Assembly: GCA_002104905.1 (NCBI GenBank)
Contig: MCFE01000416.1
Coordinates: 1 to 64,000, forward strand
Direction of reading: 5' to 3'
From: Basidiobolus meristosporus CBS 931.73
Lineage: Eukaryota; Fungi; Basidiobolomycota
Length of the DNA stretch: 64,000 nucleotides
A model generated the notes under the pieces. The model did no database searches. It was not told where the DNA came from and saw only the letters and a list, made by a program, of their open reading frames with translations. The position numbers and the translations under genes were made by a program. This document shows positions 51,031 through 62,889 of this stretch, piece by piece. Positions within the stretch are counted from its first letter, which is position 1; every line of letters starts with the position of its first letter.

Positions 51031-51916
51031 ATAAAGCAAGGAAAGCACTATTCTGAGCAACATAAGTAAGATTGAGTAAAATTACCAGTAACTGTATCAT
51101 ACCACAGGCATCATGGTAGAAATTATAGTGCCAGATAGTGCCGTAGGGTGCCAGATTGATCCGGCACCATAAACAGGCTGGCACTATGTGGCACTATCCA
51201 ACGGAACAAGTCTATTGCAATTATTGTTACAGCACCAATCAAATCTTGTCAAGTTTTATCCCTTTATTTGGTAGTAAAATTAGCAAAATACCTTGTAATC
51301 ATGTCATAAGATTGTTAAGAGTGTTACTAATTCCAAGCTTCTGGTATTATGATGGTCTCTAAATGGGATCCTGACAGCTGATCTGGATTGGATCCACCTG
51401 CAGGACCATATTGTTTTTGATATGGCCTACAGCTTTACCCTATGAAAAATAATTTGGTCCCATGGGTGGATCCAATCCGGATCATCCGTCAAGATCCTGT
51501 TCAGAGACTGTCATAATAACAGCAGCTTGGAATTAGTGACCCTCCTGACAATCTTATAACAAGATCATGATGGTGTTTTGCAAATTTTTCAGCCAAATAA
51601 AGGGATAAAACTTGACAATTTTTGATCAGTGCTGTGACAATATTTGCATGTTATTGTTGCGGTCTTTCAGCGCTCTATTACTATTTTAAGTGGATCCAGT
51701 TGGCCAGGACTTCCAATTGCCTTATATGGCAAGAAACTTGACGGTATTTTGAAGGCCTCACAGCAAGACTCTGATGGCTTTTTTTATGGCAGTATGACAG
51801 CCTGCCGCTGGTTATGTATAATGCTACCGTACCAATTTACCAAATGGTATTTCCCTTTTCTACCTCCCCTTGTGCAATTCATATATTCCACTGTAGAATC
51901 ACCTTTTTTCATTTGC

Positions 51917-54606
51917 TTACCCACTACTACCTTGGGTATTCCACATATAGTTTGAATCAAAAAAAACTATGGCCTCCTGCTTACTAACCTCTACAAACGC
52001 GCACACCTGCCGCAATTGACATACTTCCATCACCTCAACTTTACGGCTTTTTAGTGTGATACTTGCAAAGTTGCCATATACCTTGTACTGCTGGTAGCAT
52101 ATACATCTTGCAAACATGTGCTTGGTTGTTGCCACTACTGCCATGAATACCTCCTGAATATTGGCAAAGAACTTCTTGGTATTTGGCCAATATATTCCTT
52201 CTCCCTGCTGGATTCTAGTCCCCCTTATAGGTGCGCTCTGGCTTTTGCTTGTGTGAATTCCATATTGAATAGTGTAGAAGTTTGCTTGTGACCAGAAGAA
52301 ATCCAGCATATCTTGGTGGAGTTTTCCTGATAAAAATTAGTTACTTGTTGCACTCAACCCAACTTTGCATTACTTAACTGATTACCCATGCATTGGGGCT
52401 GCTTAGCTTCTTAATGCCGTAGGCATAGGTGTCTCTATGTGCACTTTGTCCTCAGTATTTTCCAACTCTTTCTGGCTGTCCTCCATGTGCCAACTCATCA
52501 CATCCATGACAGACTTGAAGGCAATATTCTTGATGAGATTGGGATATGGTAGTACCAGCAACTTGACTTGTCTTCCTATCTCCCCACACATCCGCTCCAT
52601 AGGAAACTCCCAAAAGGTGAAGCAAGGCCCGATATTCTCCACACACCGTGCAAGATGGAGTAGAGAATGGATACAGTAGCGGCAGAGATCTACACGTTCA
52701 GCTTTATGTTTGTAGTATAGCCGCTCAAATCCCATCACAAACTCCTCACACAACAGCTGTAGATGTGTCAAGTTGGTATTAGTGATCCGCTTCTGGATAA
52801 ATATTCCTACAATGTCCACATATGACTCCCAATGCTTCCAATGTACTCTTGGTAGGAATGGCTTCAGAACACCACTTGAATAAATACATATCCAGTTCAT
52901 CCAGTCTTTGCATTTATATTGTTGCATATATGTATGAATATTAATTGGAGCCCATGAGAAGTACTTAGGGTGGCAGATACTCTGTAATATCTTGCCAATT
53001 TTTTCAAATTTCTCCGGTATCTTGAAGGGCTCATTTAGCTTGAAATGCCCCATGTACAACTTGGTCATCAGTATAGGGATATTGTTGGAAAGCAAATGCA
53101 TGCACCCAGTGGAAAGCTTTTGCTCCAACAGATACCCTCTATGTTAGGTATCTCTGGTTTCCAATTGATTCCATATTCCAGCCAATAGCTTATAGCTTGC
53201 CAACTTTGCTGCAATTGCATGCTTACTTCTGTAAGTTCTCTCTGTGGAAAGATGATGTTCTTAGTGCTGGTGTTTGGGTAATAATAATGTGTGTGAGTTA
53301 TGGAGTAAATTCCCTGGATCTCACACATTTGACAGCAATACTGTCCATTGTGCCGGGAAAAACCTGCTATCTTGCTGATGGCTGGGGTATCTCCAATGCA
53401 GATAATAATATGCACTTTTACATGACAGCCATTCACCGTTATCCTGCTGGAAAGCATACAAAATTCATTCAGCAATGGATACAGGTTGCTATCCAGGTTG
53501 GACGGTGATTTAGGCCCAGATACCAGTGAGACTACCATCAAATTATTGCCCTGATACTGTAAGATGGGCGGCAGATTCAGATTGATGAGAATCAGTGGCC
53601 AGCAGGATTTGCTGGTAGAGTACTTGTTTAATGAGAATCCATCAAGTGCTAAAGCAAAGGCATGGTCATACATACCTTCAAAGTAGCCCTTGCTTCTTAG
53701 CTGTTTGTAATGTTTGCCATCAAATATATCAGATATGTTTGCGCTTGATTGATACTGAGTGCAGTACTGTATAGCTTTGCAATATTTGTTGGACTGCATC
53801 AGCTTCCTCAGACGGGGTATAACCGGAATATATCTGGAGTGTGAACAATGTTTTCCCTCAATGGTGGTGGATTCCTGACAATTTGGACACGTTGCAATGG
53901 TAGCATCTTTGGATGTCAATGCCATGCAACTGTTAACACATGCTGGAATCAGGACAGTCTCTGGATCAAATGTTGCCAGACACATGATGGTTGTCCACTT
54001 GTACCATGTACATGGTAAGTTGCATCCCGGTATGATTTTGGCAAGAAGTAGTAATAAATCCTCAGAGCCCCCATTACTGATATTAGTGGAAACGCGCCAC
54101 TTCTCTAGCCACAAAATCACATCATTCACTAGTAGATGGATTACTGGGCTCACTTGGCTCCATGAAGTATCCTTGGCATTTGTCTCAATGGGTGTTGTCT
54201 CATTGCATATAGGGATTTGACCGGGCTCATACGTGGTACTGTTGTTAGGGGAGATAGGCTCAAAATCCATCAGTGAACCTTCTTTGTCAGAGCTATCACG
54301 CTGCATGCCATATTCAGAAGGCTGAGGTGAGCCTAAAGGCGTCACAAACTCACCTGACTCAGTTTGTGCAAGGTGACAAAGACGGCTAGGTGTCAATATA
54401 GAAGTATCAACTGGCCAACAAGATAAAGTTGGTACAGTAGTGACCAATGAATGGTCAAATATGACTTGGGTGGCAAAACACTGGCGGTGATCCTTGTAAT
54501 ACTTCCTATGCTGTCTGCATGCTTCATGGCTGAGAGGCTTGCCACAATAGCCACATGGTCTTTTTTCTCTTCTCTTATAGTGTTGAGTCAAAGTAGTCTT
54601 GTCCAT
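51917..54606 (-). pseudogene. CMC/EnSpm transposase, copy B (two 1-nt frameshifts relative to copy A; probable intron ~52315-52375)
   Basis: 512-aa ORF with N-terminal CGYC..C..H, LALDGFS..CWPLILINLNLPP..SGPKSPSNLD..GDTPA, continuing into LLHLARCVENIGPCFTFWEFPMERMCG. Confidence 0.88.
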
Positions 54607-54828
54607 GGGGCAAACAGTTTGACCTTCAACAATGTAATGCTATTATATCACTTTTTGGTCAATAGTCATGTGAACTTAAGACAGTCTTGTATTTGAGACA
54701 TTGCACCTACATGAATGTAAGATTCAATGATGACCCGCCATAGTAAGCATTATAAATAAAGTTGTGGCACCACATACACATGTATATGTAACACTATTTC
54801 CCCTTTGGTTTGACTCACTTCCATATAT

Positions 54829-56777
54829 ATGCCGCCAAAAAATAAAGCAAAGTTGTCTGGTTCTCAACCAAACCCCACCACTGATGGCAACAGAAGAATG
54901 GTTGGACAACAGCTTGCTTTGACATTCAGTGCAACAAGCAGGGCTACATCCAAAAAAGGTCCTGTGGACAGTGTGCCCATTGAAGGTAATAATGCGGACT
55001 CCTCAGGCTCTCAGTCAAGTAGGCAATTGAGAACCTCTGCGGAGCCACAAGCTGACCATTATGCTCAGGCAGATGAGAATGTAGCAAATGCAGTACCCTC
55101 TGTTGAAGATCAGCAAGTGGCCATGATAACATCACCACCACCCATATTAGCAAGTATGTTGTCAGCTCATACCAAAGCATTAATGAAGCAATTAGGTGCA
55201 GTGGCTGATAGGATAGATGCAATGGCCCAGAGAAATCAGGAAGTAGTCCAGAAACAGGATGAGCGGATAATACGTGTAGAGCAATCAATATCCCAGGTAG
55301 AGAAAGCAGTATCTTTGCTGCAAAGAAGGAACTCAAGTAGCTCAATGTCACAGCCAAGAATTGAGTCCATTTCCTGATGTAACAGCAGAGGAACACCATA
55401 CAGTCTTTGAAGCACAACAACAGTGCCCAAAGATAAAGCCCACAGAAAAACCTATCACAGCATGGGAGGGAGACAATGTGGTGTTTAGACCAAAGCCTAA
55501 AATCAAAAGACATTGAAGATCCGTGAAGCTGTTGAGTGCAATAATGAAGAGTGGGCTAATATACAAGAGGCTGTCAGAAGTCTAGCACGCCATCACCTTA
55601 AGGCCGGCATACCATGGGACCATCAGGAACTCAAGGCCAAGCAGAATGCTCTTGACTTGTTCCATGAGCATTATCCTGGATTCAAACGGGCAAATGGATT
55701 TTGGGCCAGCATTGGTATGCTAAGAAAGTATCTCAAGAATAGCAGAAACTATCAAAGGCAGAAGAACAAGGGTGCCATGGCTAAAAACCAGTGGCTTCCT
55801 CAAGAGCCCATTACAAGCAGGGCCAAAAGCTCCAGAAAAGCGTCAAAGAGACGTCAGGCAGCTGGAAGAGTGCCAATTAAGGACAAGCAGGCAGACATGG
55901 ATGCACCAGCACAACATTTATCAAGGAAAAAGCGTAGTACCACTCAAGAAGCACCCAGTCAAAGTAGCAGTGAAGGACCTGGCAGTGATAAAAACCAGCT
56001 GCTTTTACAGGAGCCTGTCACAACTATGGTTGAGAGCTCAAAACAAGCTGAAAAGAAACATCAGGTTGCCAGAAGAGTGCCAGCAAGGGACAAGCAGGCC
56101 AAAACAGATGCTGTCAGAGCAGAATTTATCCAGGAGAAAACGTAGTTCTTTACAAGAAGCACTCAGACAAAGTAGCAGTGAAAGACCTGGCAGTGATAAA
56201 GGAAAAGGTAAAGGGAAAAATGTCTACCCAAACCTGAGACAGGGAGGCATGCAAAAAAAACTGCAGTTCTTGCCAATTAACGCCGCAAGCCAGGAACAGA
56301 CTGAATCCCATCATAGCCAAGAAGAATTACCAACAAGAAAACAGCTGTTTTCACAAGAGTTGGAAGCGCAGCCAGTTGAGCTACACTCCAGCAAGGTAGA
56401 TGAGTTTGCTGAAAAAGGCAATTTGTCTACCACAGCCTCCACAGCCTCCGCAGCCTCCATTGTTGACAGAGTGGAGATCCCACTGACAGACAAGGCTACA
56501 ACATCAAGAGCTCAAAGACTATCACAATGCCTTCAGTGGATTTTGGAACATTAATAGGCACACCAAGAGGTTGCAGCACTTCTTCAAGAGCAGTGCTCAA
56601 GAAAACGCACTGGAATATTGCAAGGATTTATTGCAAAGACTGGCAGATGAGGAGCTAGACCTTGCAGTGCCAGCTGAAGACCAGGACGTGTGGGAACCAG
56701 TGAATGAACAGTGGCATAAAGCTGTTGGGTTCCCGACCAAAGTTGTGGAACCAGAGCGTTACAGCAGAAATACTTAA
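54829..56777 (+). pseudogene. ORF2 of CMC copy B, unknown function, frameshifted
   Basis: Overlapping ORFs 54829-55377, 55513-56145, 55772-56554 and 56571-56777, conserved in copies A and C. Contains a coiled coil and a W-rich block WANIQEAVR..GIPWDHQ..YPGFKRANGFWAS..LKNSR. Confidence 0.75.
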
Positions 56778-57238
56778 TGAGTGGTGGATTTTAATGGAGT
56801 TACTTGTTGAGTGTGGGGTTGGGCTTAATGTTAGTGTAGGGTATAGAGACTTGTATAGGTCAATACAATTGGCAATTGAGGTACAACTGAAGTTTCAACG
56901 GAAATAAATCAATTTGTACGCATGAAAAGTAAGAGAAATGGCTGAGTCAGGAAGTAAGGAGTGTGAAAAAGAGGCAATAGCCAATCAATGCACACAAATG
57001 TAGGAGGCAATAGAGTGTCCGGGATCAGAAAGTGAGCAAATTGGCAGGGAATCAATCAAAAGCCACTTATACATTGTTGTGATGAAAAATTATGACAAAG
57101 TTTTTTGTGAAATCTGGGGTGCAATTATTTTTCAATGGTCTCTGGACAGAGTCCTGACAAGATCAGTACCTCTCAGTCACAGGACATTAACTTTGTGATG
57201 GCCTTTTGATGGGATCATCTCAATAATTTTTCATAGGG

Positions 57239-60097
57239 AATTTATGCCACTGTTCATTTGTGGGATCCCACACATCCTGGTCTTCAGCTAGCATTGCAAG
57301 GTCTAGCTCCTCATCTGCTAGTCTTTGCAGTAAATCCTTGCAGTATCCAAGTGCATTTCCTTGAGCACTGTTATTGAAGAAGTGCTGCAACCTCTTGGTG
57401 TGCCTATTAATGTTCCAAATTCCACTGAAGGCATTGTGATAACCTTTGAATTCTTGACAATGTTACTTTGTCTGTCAGTGGGATCTCCACTCTGTCAACA
57501 ATGGAGGACAAGGAGGCTGAGGTAGACAAAATGCCTTTCTCTGCAAACTCATCAACCTCACTGGGGCACAGCTGAACAGGCTGCACTCCCAACTCGTGTG
57601 AAAATAGCTGTTTTCTTATTGGTAATTCTTCTAGGCTATGATGTGATTAAGCCTGTTATGTGCTTCCAGCATTAACTGGCAAGAACTGCAGCTTTTTTCT
57701 CACACTTCCCCATCTCAGGCTTGGGTAGACTTTTTCCCATTTACCTTTCCCTTTGTCCCCACCAGGTCTTTTACTGCTACGTTGTCTGAGTGCTTCTTGT
57801 ATTGAACTATATTTTCTCCTTGATAAATGCTGCTTTGATGCATCTGTTTTGGCCTGCTTGTCCCTTGCTGGCACTCTGCAGGCAGCCTGACACTTCTGTC
57901 CTGCTTGTTTTGAGCTCTCAGTGCATGCTGTGATGGGCTCCTGAGGTAGTCACTTGTTTTTATAACTGCCAGGTCCTTTAGTACTACTGTGATTGAGTGC
58001 CTCTTGAGTCAAATTACGCTTTTTCCTTGGTAAATGCTGTGCTAGTGCATCTGTATTTGCCTGCTTTTCCCTTATTGGCACTCTCCCAGCTATCTGATGC
58101 CTCTTTGCCACTTGTTTGGGGCTTTTGGCCCTGCTTATAACAGGCTCTTGAGGAAGCTGCTGGTTTTTAGCCATTGCACCCTTGTTCTTCTACCTTTGAT
58201 AGTTTCTGCTAATTTTGTGATACTTACTAGCATACCAATGCTGGCCAAAAAACTGTTTGCTTGTTTGAATCCAGAATAATGCTCATGAAGTAAGTGAAGC
58301 ACATTTTGCTTAGCCTTGAGTTCCTGATGGTCCCATGGTATGCCAGCCTTGAGGTGTTGGCATGCTAGACTTCTAACAACCTCTTGAATATTAGCCCACT
58401 GCTCATCACTGCACTAAACAGCTTCACAGATGTTCAATCTCATTTGATTTTTAAGCTCTGGTATAAACACTACATTTTCTCCCTCCAAGCTGTGATAGGT
58501 TTTTCTGTGGGTTTTATCTTTGGGCACTGTTGTTGTGCGTCGATGAATGTACAGTGTTCCTCTGCTGTTACATTGGGAAATGGCTCAATTCTTTGTGTGA
58601 CTTTGAGCTATTTGAGTTCCTTCTTTGCAGCAAGGATACTGCCTGCTCTACCTGGGATATTGATTGCTATACTCCTTTTATCTGCTCATGCTGTTTCTGG
58701 ACTATTTCCTTATTTCTCTGAGCCATTGCATCTATCCTATCAGCCACTGCACCTAATTACCCCATAAATGCTTTGGTATGAGCTGACAACATACTTGCTA
58801 ATACAGGTGATGGTGATGTTATGATGGTCACTTGCTGGTCTTCAACTAAAGGTAGTGCCAGAACTACATTATTATTTGCCTCAGCAAATTGATCAGCTTG
58901 TGGCTCCATAGAGATTCCCAATTGTCTGCTTGGCCAAGAGCCTGAGGAGCCCCCATTATTCCCTTCAGTGGGCATACTGTCCACAGGGCCTTTTTTGGTT
59001 GTAACCCCACTTGTTGCACTAAACATCAAACCAAGCTGTTGCCCAATTGTTCTTCAGCTGCTGTCAGCAGTGGGGTTGGGTTGGGAACCAGACAACTTTG
59101 CTTATTTTCTTGGCAGCATATACATGGAAGTGAGTCAAACCAAAGGGGAAATAGTGTTACATATACATGTGTATGTGATTTCACAACTTGATTAATAATG
59201 CTTACTATAGTGGGTCATAATTGAATCTTACATTCATGTAGGTGCAATGTCTCAAATACAAGACTGTCATAAACTTACATGAGTGTTGACAAAAAAGTGA
59301 TATAATAGCATTACATTTTTAAGTGTCAAACTGTTGGCCCCATGGACAAGACTACTTTGACTCAACACCATAAGAGAAGAGAAAGATGACCATGTGGCTA
59401 TTGTAGCAAGACTCTCAGCCATGAAGTGCACAGACAGTATAGGGAGTACTTACAGGATCCCAGCTAGTGTTTTGCCACACAAGTCATATTTGGCCATTCA
59501 CCAGTCACTACTGTACCAATAATATCTTGCTGGCCACTTGATACTTCTATAATTGCATCTAGCTGTACTGGTCACCTTGCACAAACTGAGTCAGGTGAGT
59601 TTGTGAAACCTTTAGGCTCACCCCAGCCTTCTGAATATGGCATGCAGAGTGATAGCTTTGAAGCAGCTGGCTTGCTGATGAATAGTAAGCCTATCCTCCT
59701 TTACAATGGTACTCTGCATGAGCCTGGCAAAATCCGATTATGCAATGAGATCACACCTGTGGAAAAAATGCCAAGGATACCTTATGGAGTCAAGTGAGCC
59801 CAGTAATTCATTGGCTGGTGAATGATTTGATGCTGTGGCTAGAGAAGTGGCATGTTTCCACTAATATCAGTAAAGGGGGCTTTGAGGATTTACTACTACT
59901 TCTTGCCAAAATCATCCCAGGATGCAACTTACCATGTAAGTGGTATAAATAGAATACTGTCCAGCAGCTGGCAACATAAGACCCAGAAACCATTCTGATA
60001 CTAGCATGTGTTAATAGCTGCATGGTGTTTACATCAGAAAATGCCACCATTGCAAGGTGTCCAACTTGTCAGGAATCCACCACCATTGGGGGAAAAC
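57239..60097 (+). mobile_element. CMC/EnSpm-type transposon, copy C (host of A and B; ORF2 remnant on minus 57239-59119, transposase 5' remnant from 59342)
   Basis: Reverse-complement homologue of 53850-56730, degenerate, cut at 60097 by a Copia LTR. A further 12 bp of it lies at 51426-51437. Confidence 0.85.
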
Positions 60098-62215
60098 TGT
60101 GGTATATATCTGTAACTCAACCTAAATATTCCCCTAACCTAGTTGCTCAGATCATTACCATCAAATCCTAAAAAATATTGATCAAAATCCTTATTAAAAA
60201 TTAGATAAGTTGTCCAAACAGCCCCAAGCATTGTGCACATGCTCTTGGGACCTTCCTAAACCTATTCTAAATGTTTGTTATGCCAGTACCATGTAAAAGT
60301 ATAAATAATAGTTTTACATTCAATAAATCATTAAGTGAAAACCACATATTCTACCAGTCCTCTCAAATCACTTCCAATGTCTCCAAGACTCTTACAACAG
60401 GTTATGAGCCCTGAGCTGTCACTCTCTGCATTGTCTGCTACTCTACTACTGGAATTTATCCCTCAGCCAAGAAGTTGGATGGATCTAACTACCAAGTGTG
60501 GAAGGTGAAGATGAAGTTGCTGCTACACAAGAGAGGCCATTGAGATATTGTCATGGGAGAACAATGCCCTCCTAAAAATGTGGGAGAGGAATTGTTAAAG
60601 TACCAGAAGTAAGAACAAAGTGCCTTTAGCTGCATTTGCCTTAATGTAAAAGACAGATTGCTAATTCAATGCTCAAGAGCAAAAATGGCAAAAAATACCT
60701 GGAAGGCATTCAAAGACACCTACCAGTCATGTACAGCTGCTAAGAAAATGTATCTGAGACAAAAATTCTTTCCTACTAAGATGCAGACAGGAGAAGAAAT
60801 GAAATATCTAATGAACAGAATTGCCCTGCTGGTGGACAAGATGGAATCTGTGGGTGTACCAACTACTGATGAGGATGTGATAGTTACCATCCTGAATAGC
60901 CTAAAAGGCAACTTTTAGGGCCTTGTATCAGCCCTAGAGTCCAGAACTGAAAATTTGACCTTAAATTACATATTTGGAAGGCTCCTGGATGCAAAATTAA
61001 GAAAATTAGGTGCCAATAAGAAGGAAGAAGAAAATGCCTCAATAAGCTATGATAACCAGCAAAGGAGGTACCCAAAGCTTTTTAAAGGCAATACCAACCA
61101 GTTTTTCAGCAACTGCAAAAGGAAAGGACACACATCAGACCAGTGTCTCAAACAGAGAGTTGATCAGCCAAAGAAGCCTGAACATAGAAATGCTGCAACA
61201 ACTGAAGATAGCCTATTCATATCTATACTAAATTTGACCACAAACAAGGGTTCTCAGTATTGATATATTGGCTCTGCAGCATCTCAACACATTACACAAC
61301 AAACAGAACTTTTTACCCAATATCAAGATATTCCAGTTAAGTAGGTTTTCATGGAGTACAATATAATACTTGATGCAGTGGGAAAAGAAACCATCCAAGT
61401 AAGCCTTAAAAGCAGTGAGGAAGCCATACACTGAACTTTAAAGAAGTACTCTATATACTAGAAATAGCTAAGAACCTATTATCTGTAAGCAAGGCCACTG
61501 CAGAAGGAATCAGTTTCATCTTTGACAATTGTGGATGCAGGATCACAGCTCAAAATGGTGCCCATATTGCTTTGGATACCAGAGATCAAAATCTTTACAA
61601 GTTGACTTATATTCCTTCATATCTGGAAGCCAGTATAAGTACCTTAACTGAAGAAATGCCAAAGCTTTGGCACAGGTGATTTGGGCATATCAATTTTGAT
61701 TATTTGAGCAAAATGTCAAAGATCAGCTGATTTTCAGAATTATAATTGATCCCCCAGCTAGTTTGGGACACTGTGTAGCCTGTATACATGGGAGACAAGC
61801 CAGACAGTTGTTCAAGAGCTATGGGCTAATCAAAACTAAGAAAATATTAGATCAAATTCACTCACACATCTGTGGACCTGTGCAAAATTTATCCTTAGGC
61901 AGGATGAAGTATTTAATCACTTTTGTAGATGACTATACAAGATACATGTGCATTTACTTCATGGAGAGAAAGGAAGAAGCTCTGTCTAAGCTCAGGGAGC
62001 TCAAAACAATGGTGGAGAGAGAAACTGGTGAAAAAATCAAGAAAAATGCTCTGACAATGGGGGAGAATATACCTTAAAACTCTTCATCCACTTCTGGAAA
62101 ATTCATGGGATAAATCAAGAGACTACTGTACCATACTCCCCACAGTAAAATGAAGTAGCAGAACATGCAATCAGATCAATAACTGAGATGGCAAGATCTA
62201 TGATGTATGATCAAA
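60098..62215 (+). mobile_element. Ty1/Copia LTR retrotransposon, 5' half, degenerate
   Basis: LTR 60098-60399 (TGTGG..TTACAACA), then gag KLDGSNYQVWKVKM, knuckle xSNCKRKGHTSDQC, protease-like GSAASQH, LWHR..GHINF and integrase HSHICGP..YLITFVDDYTRY. Many stops. Confidence 0.88.
60400..60413 (+). other. Primer-binding site GGTTATGAGCCCTG
   Basis: Immediately follows the LTR end and resembles the Drosophila copia PBS (GGTTATGGGCCC), which pairs with an internal part of initiator tRNA-Met. Confidence 0.7.
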
Positions 62216-62511
62216 AGACTTGTTCTGTTGGATAGTGCCACATAGTGCCAGCCTGTTTATGGTGCCAGATTGATCTGGCACTATAATTTCTACCATGATG
62301 CAAGTGATATGATACAGTTACTGGTATTTTACTCAATCTTACTTATGTTGCTCAGAATAGTGCTTTCCTTGCTTTATTTACTCTTCATAATGCTCCAGAC
62401 ACATTTCTCTCAGTGGAAATCTTCTTGTATGAACATACTGTGCATTAATAAGTATCTTAACTATTTTGCCTATTCTGCTGTTTTCTCCTATATATGACTT
62501 TCCTCTGTATT
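62216..62511 (-). mobile_element. Right end of a second copy of the PHIS element
   Basis: Reverse complement of ~50900-51213, including the TIR AGACTTGTTC and the transposase 3' end; cut by the Gypsy LTR. Confidence 0.9.
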
Positions 62512-62879
62512 TGTTACAAGTCTTGGTATAAGAGTTGTAGAGGAATAGGGAGGTTAGCTGGTATTGTATTCACTAAAACTTGAACTGATTTTTATTGAGG
62601 TTCCAGCAGCTCCTTATATACATTTTGCCAGATCAATTGCTGACTAATTGTATTTCCTAATGTAGGTTGTGGCTGATGACTCGTTTGATTGCATCATCAT
62701 CACCCAATAAGATCCTACTTAATATATCTATTTCCGTCTGATAAGGATCTGCTGATTCATTTGCTAACTAATGCTACTGATTTCATAGATAATACTGATA
62801 TACTGATAACCTAAACATATACTAATTGATTTGGCTAAAAGCTGATCTAACTTAAACATTCAAGCGGCAGATCATAACA
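62512..62879 (-). mobile_element. Ty3/Gypsy 3' LTR
   Basis: On the minus strand it starts TGTTATGATC directly after the purine tract AGTAGGGGAGAA and ends CTTGTAACA. Confidence 0.8.
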
Positions 62880-62889
62880 TTCTCCCCTA

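Larger units (their letters stand above)
46725..51213 (+). mobile_element. PHIS-superfamily (Harbinger/ISL2EU/Pangu-like) two-gene DNA transposon
   Basis: TIR AGACTTGTTCC at 46725 and GGAACAAGTCT ending at 51213. ATT is duplicated at 46722-46724 and 51214-51216, and the host sequence is restored when the element and one ATT are removed. Confidence 0.9.
42710..51425 (+). mobile_element. CMC/EnSpm-type DNA transposon, copy A (left part deleted; interrupted by the PHIS element at 46725-51213)
   Basis: Reverse-complement homologue of copy B. The degenerate right terminus ...TTTTTGATATGG ends at 51425. Sequence resumes exactly across the 46725-51213 insertion. Confidence 0.85.
51438..57238 (-). 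mobile_element. CMC/EnSpm-type DNA transposon, copy B, full length (5.8 kb)
   Basis: 13-bp perfect TIR: CCCTATGAAAAAT at 51438 and ATTTTTCATAGGG ending at 57238. Contains a transposase and a divergent ORF2. Confidence 0.9.

Noticed and set aside
51438-51450. piggyBac assignment from the CCCT terminus
   Set aside because: There are no TTAA flanks and the transposase has CACTA/EnSpm-type motifs.
54829-56777. CMC or PHIS second ORFs as Fanzor/TnpB RNA-guided nucleases
   Set aside because: I see no RuvC D-E-D motifs or the zinc-finger CxxC pairs in either accessory ORF.
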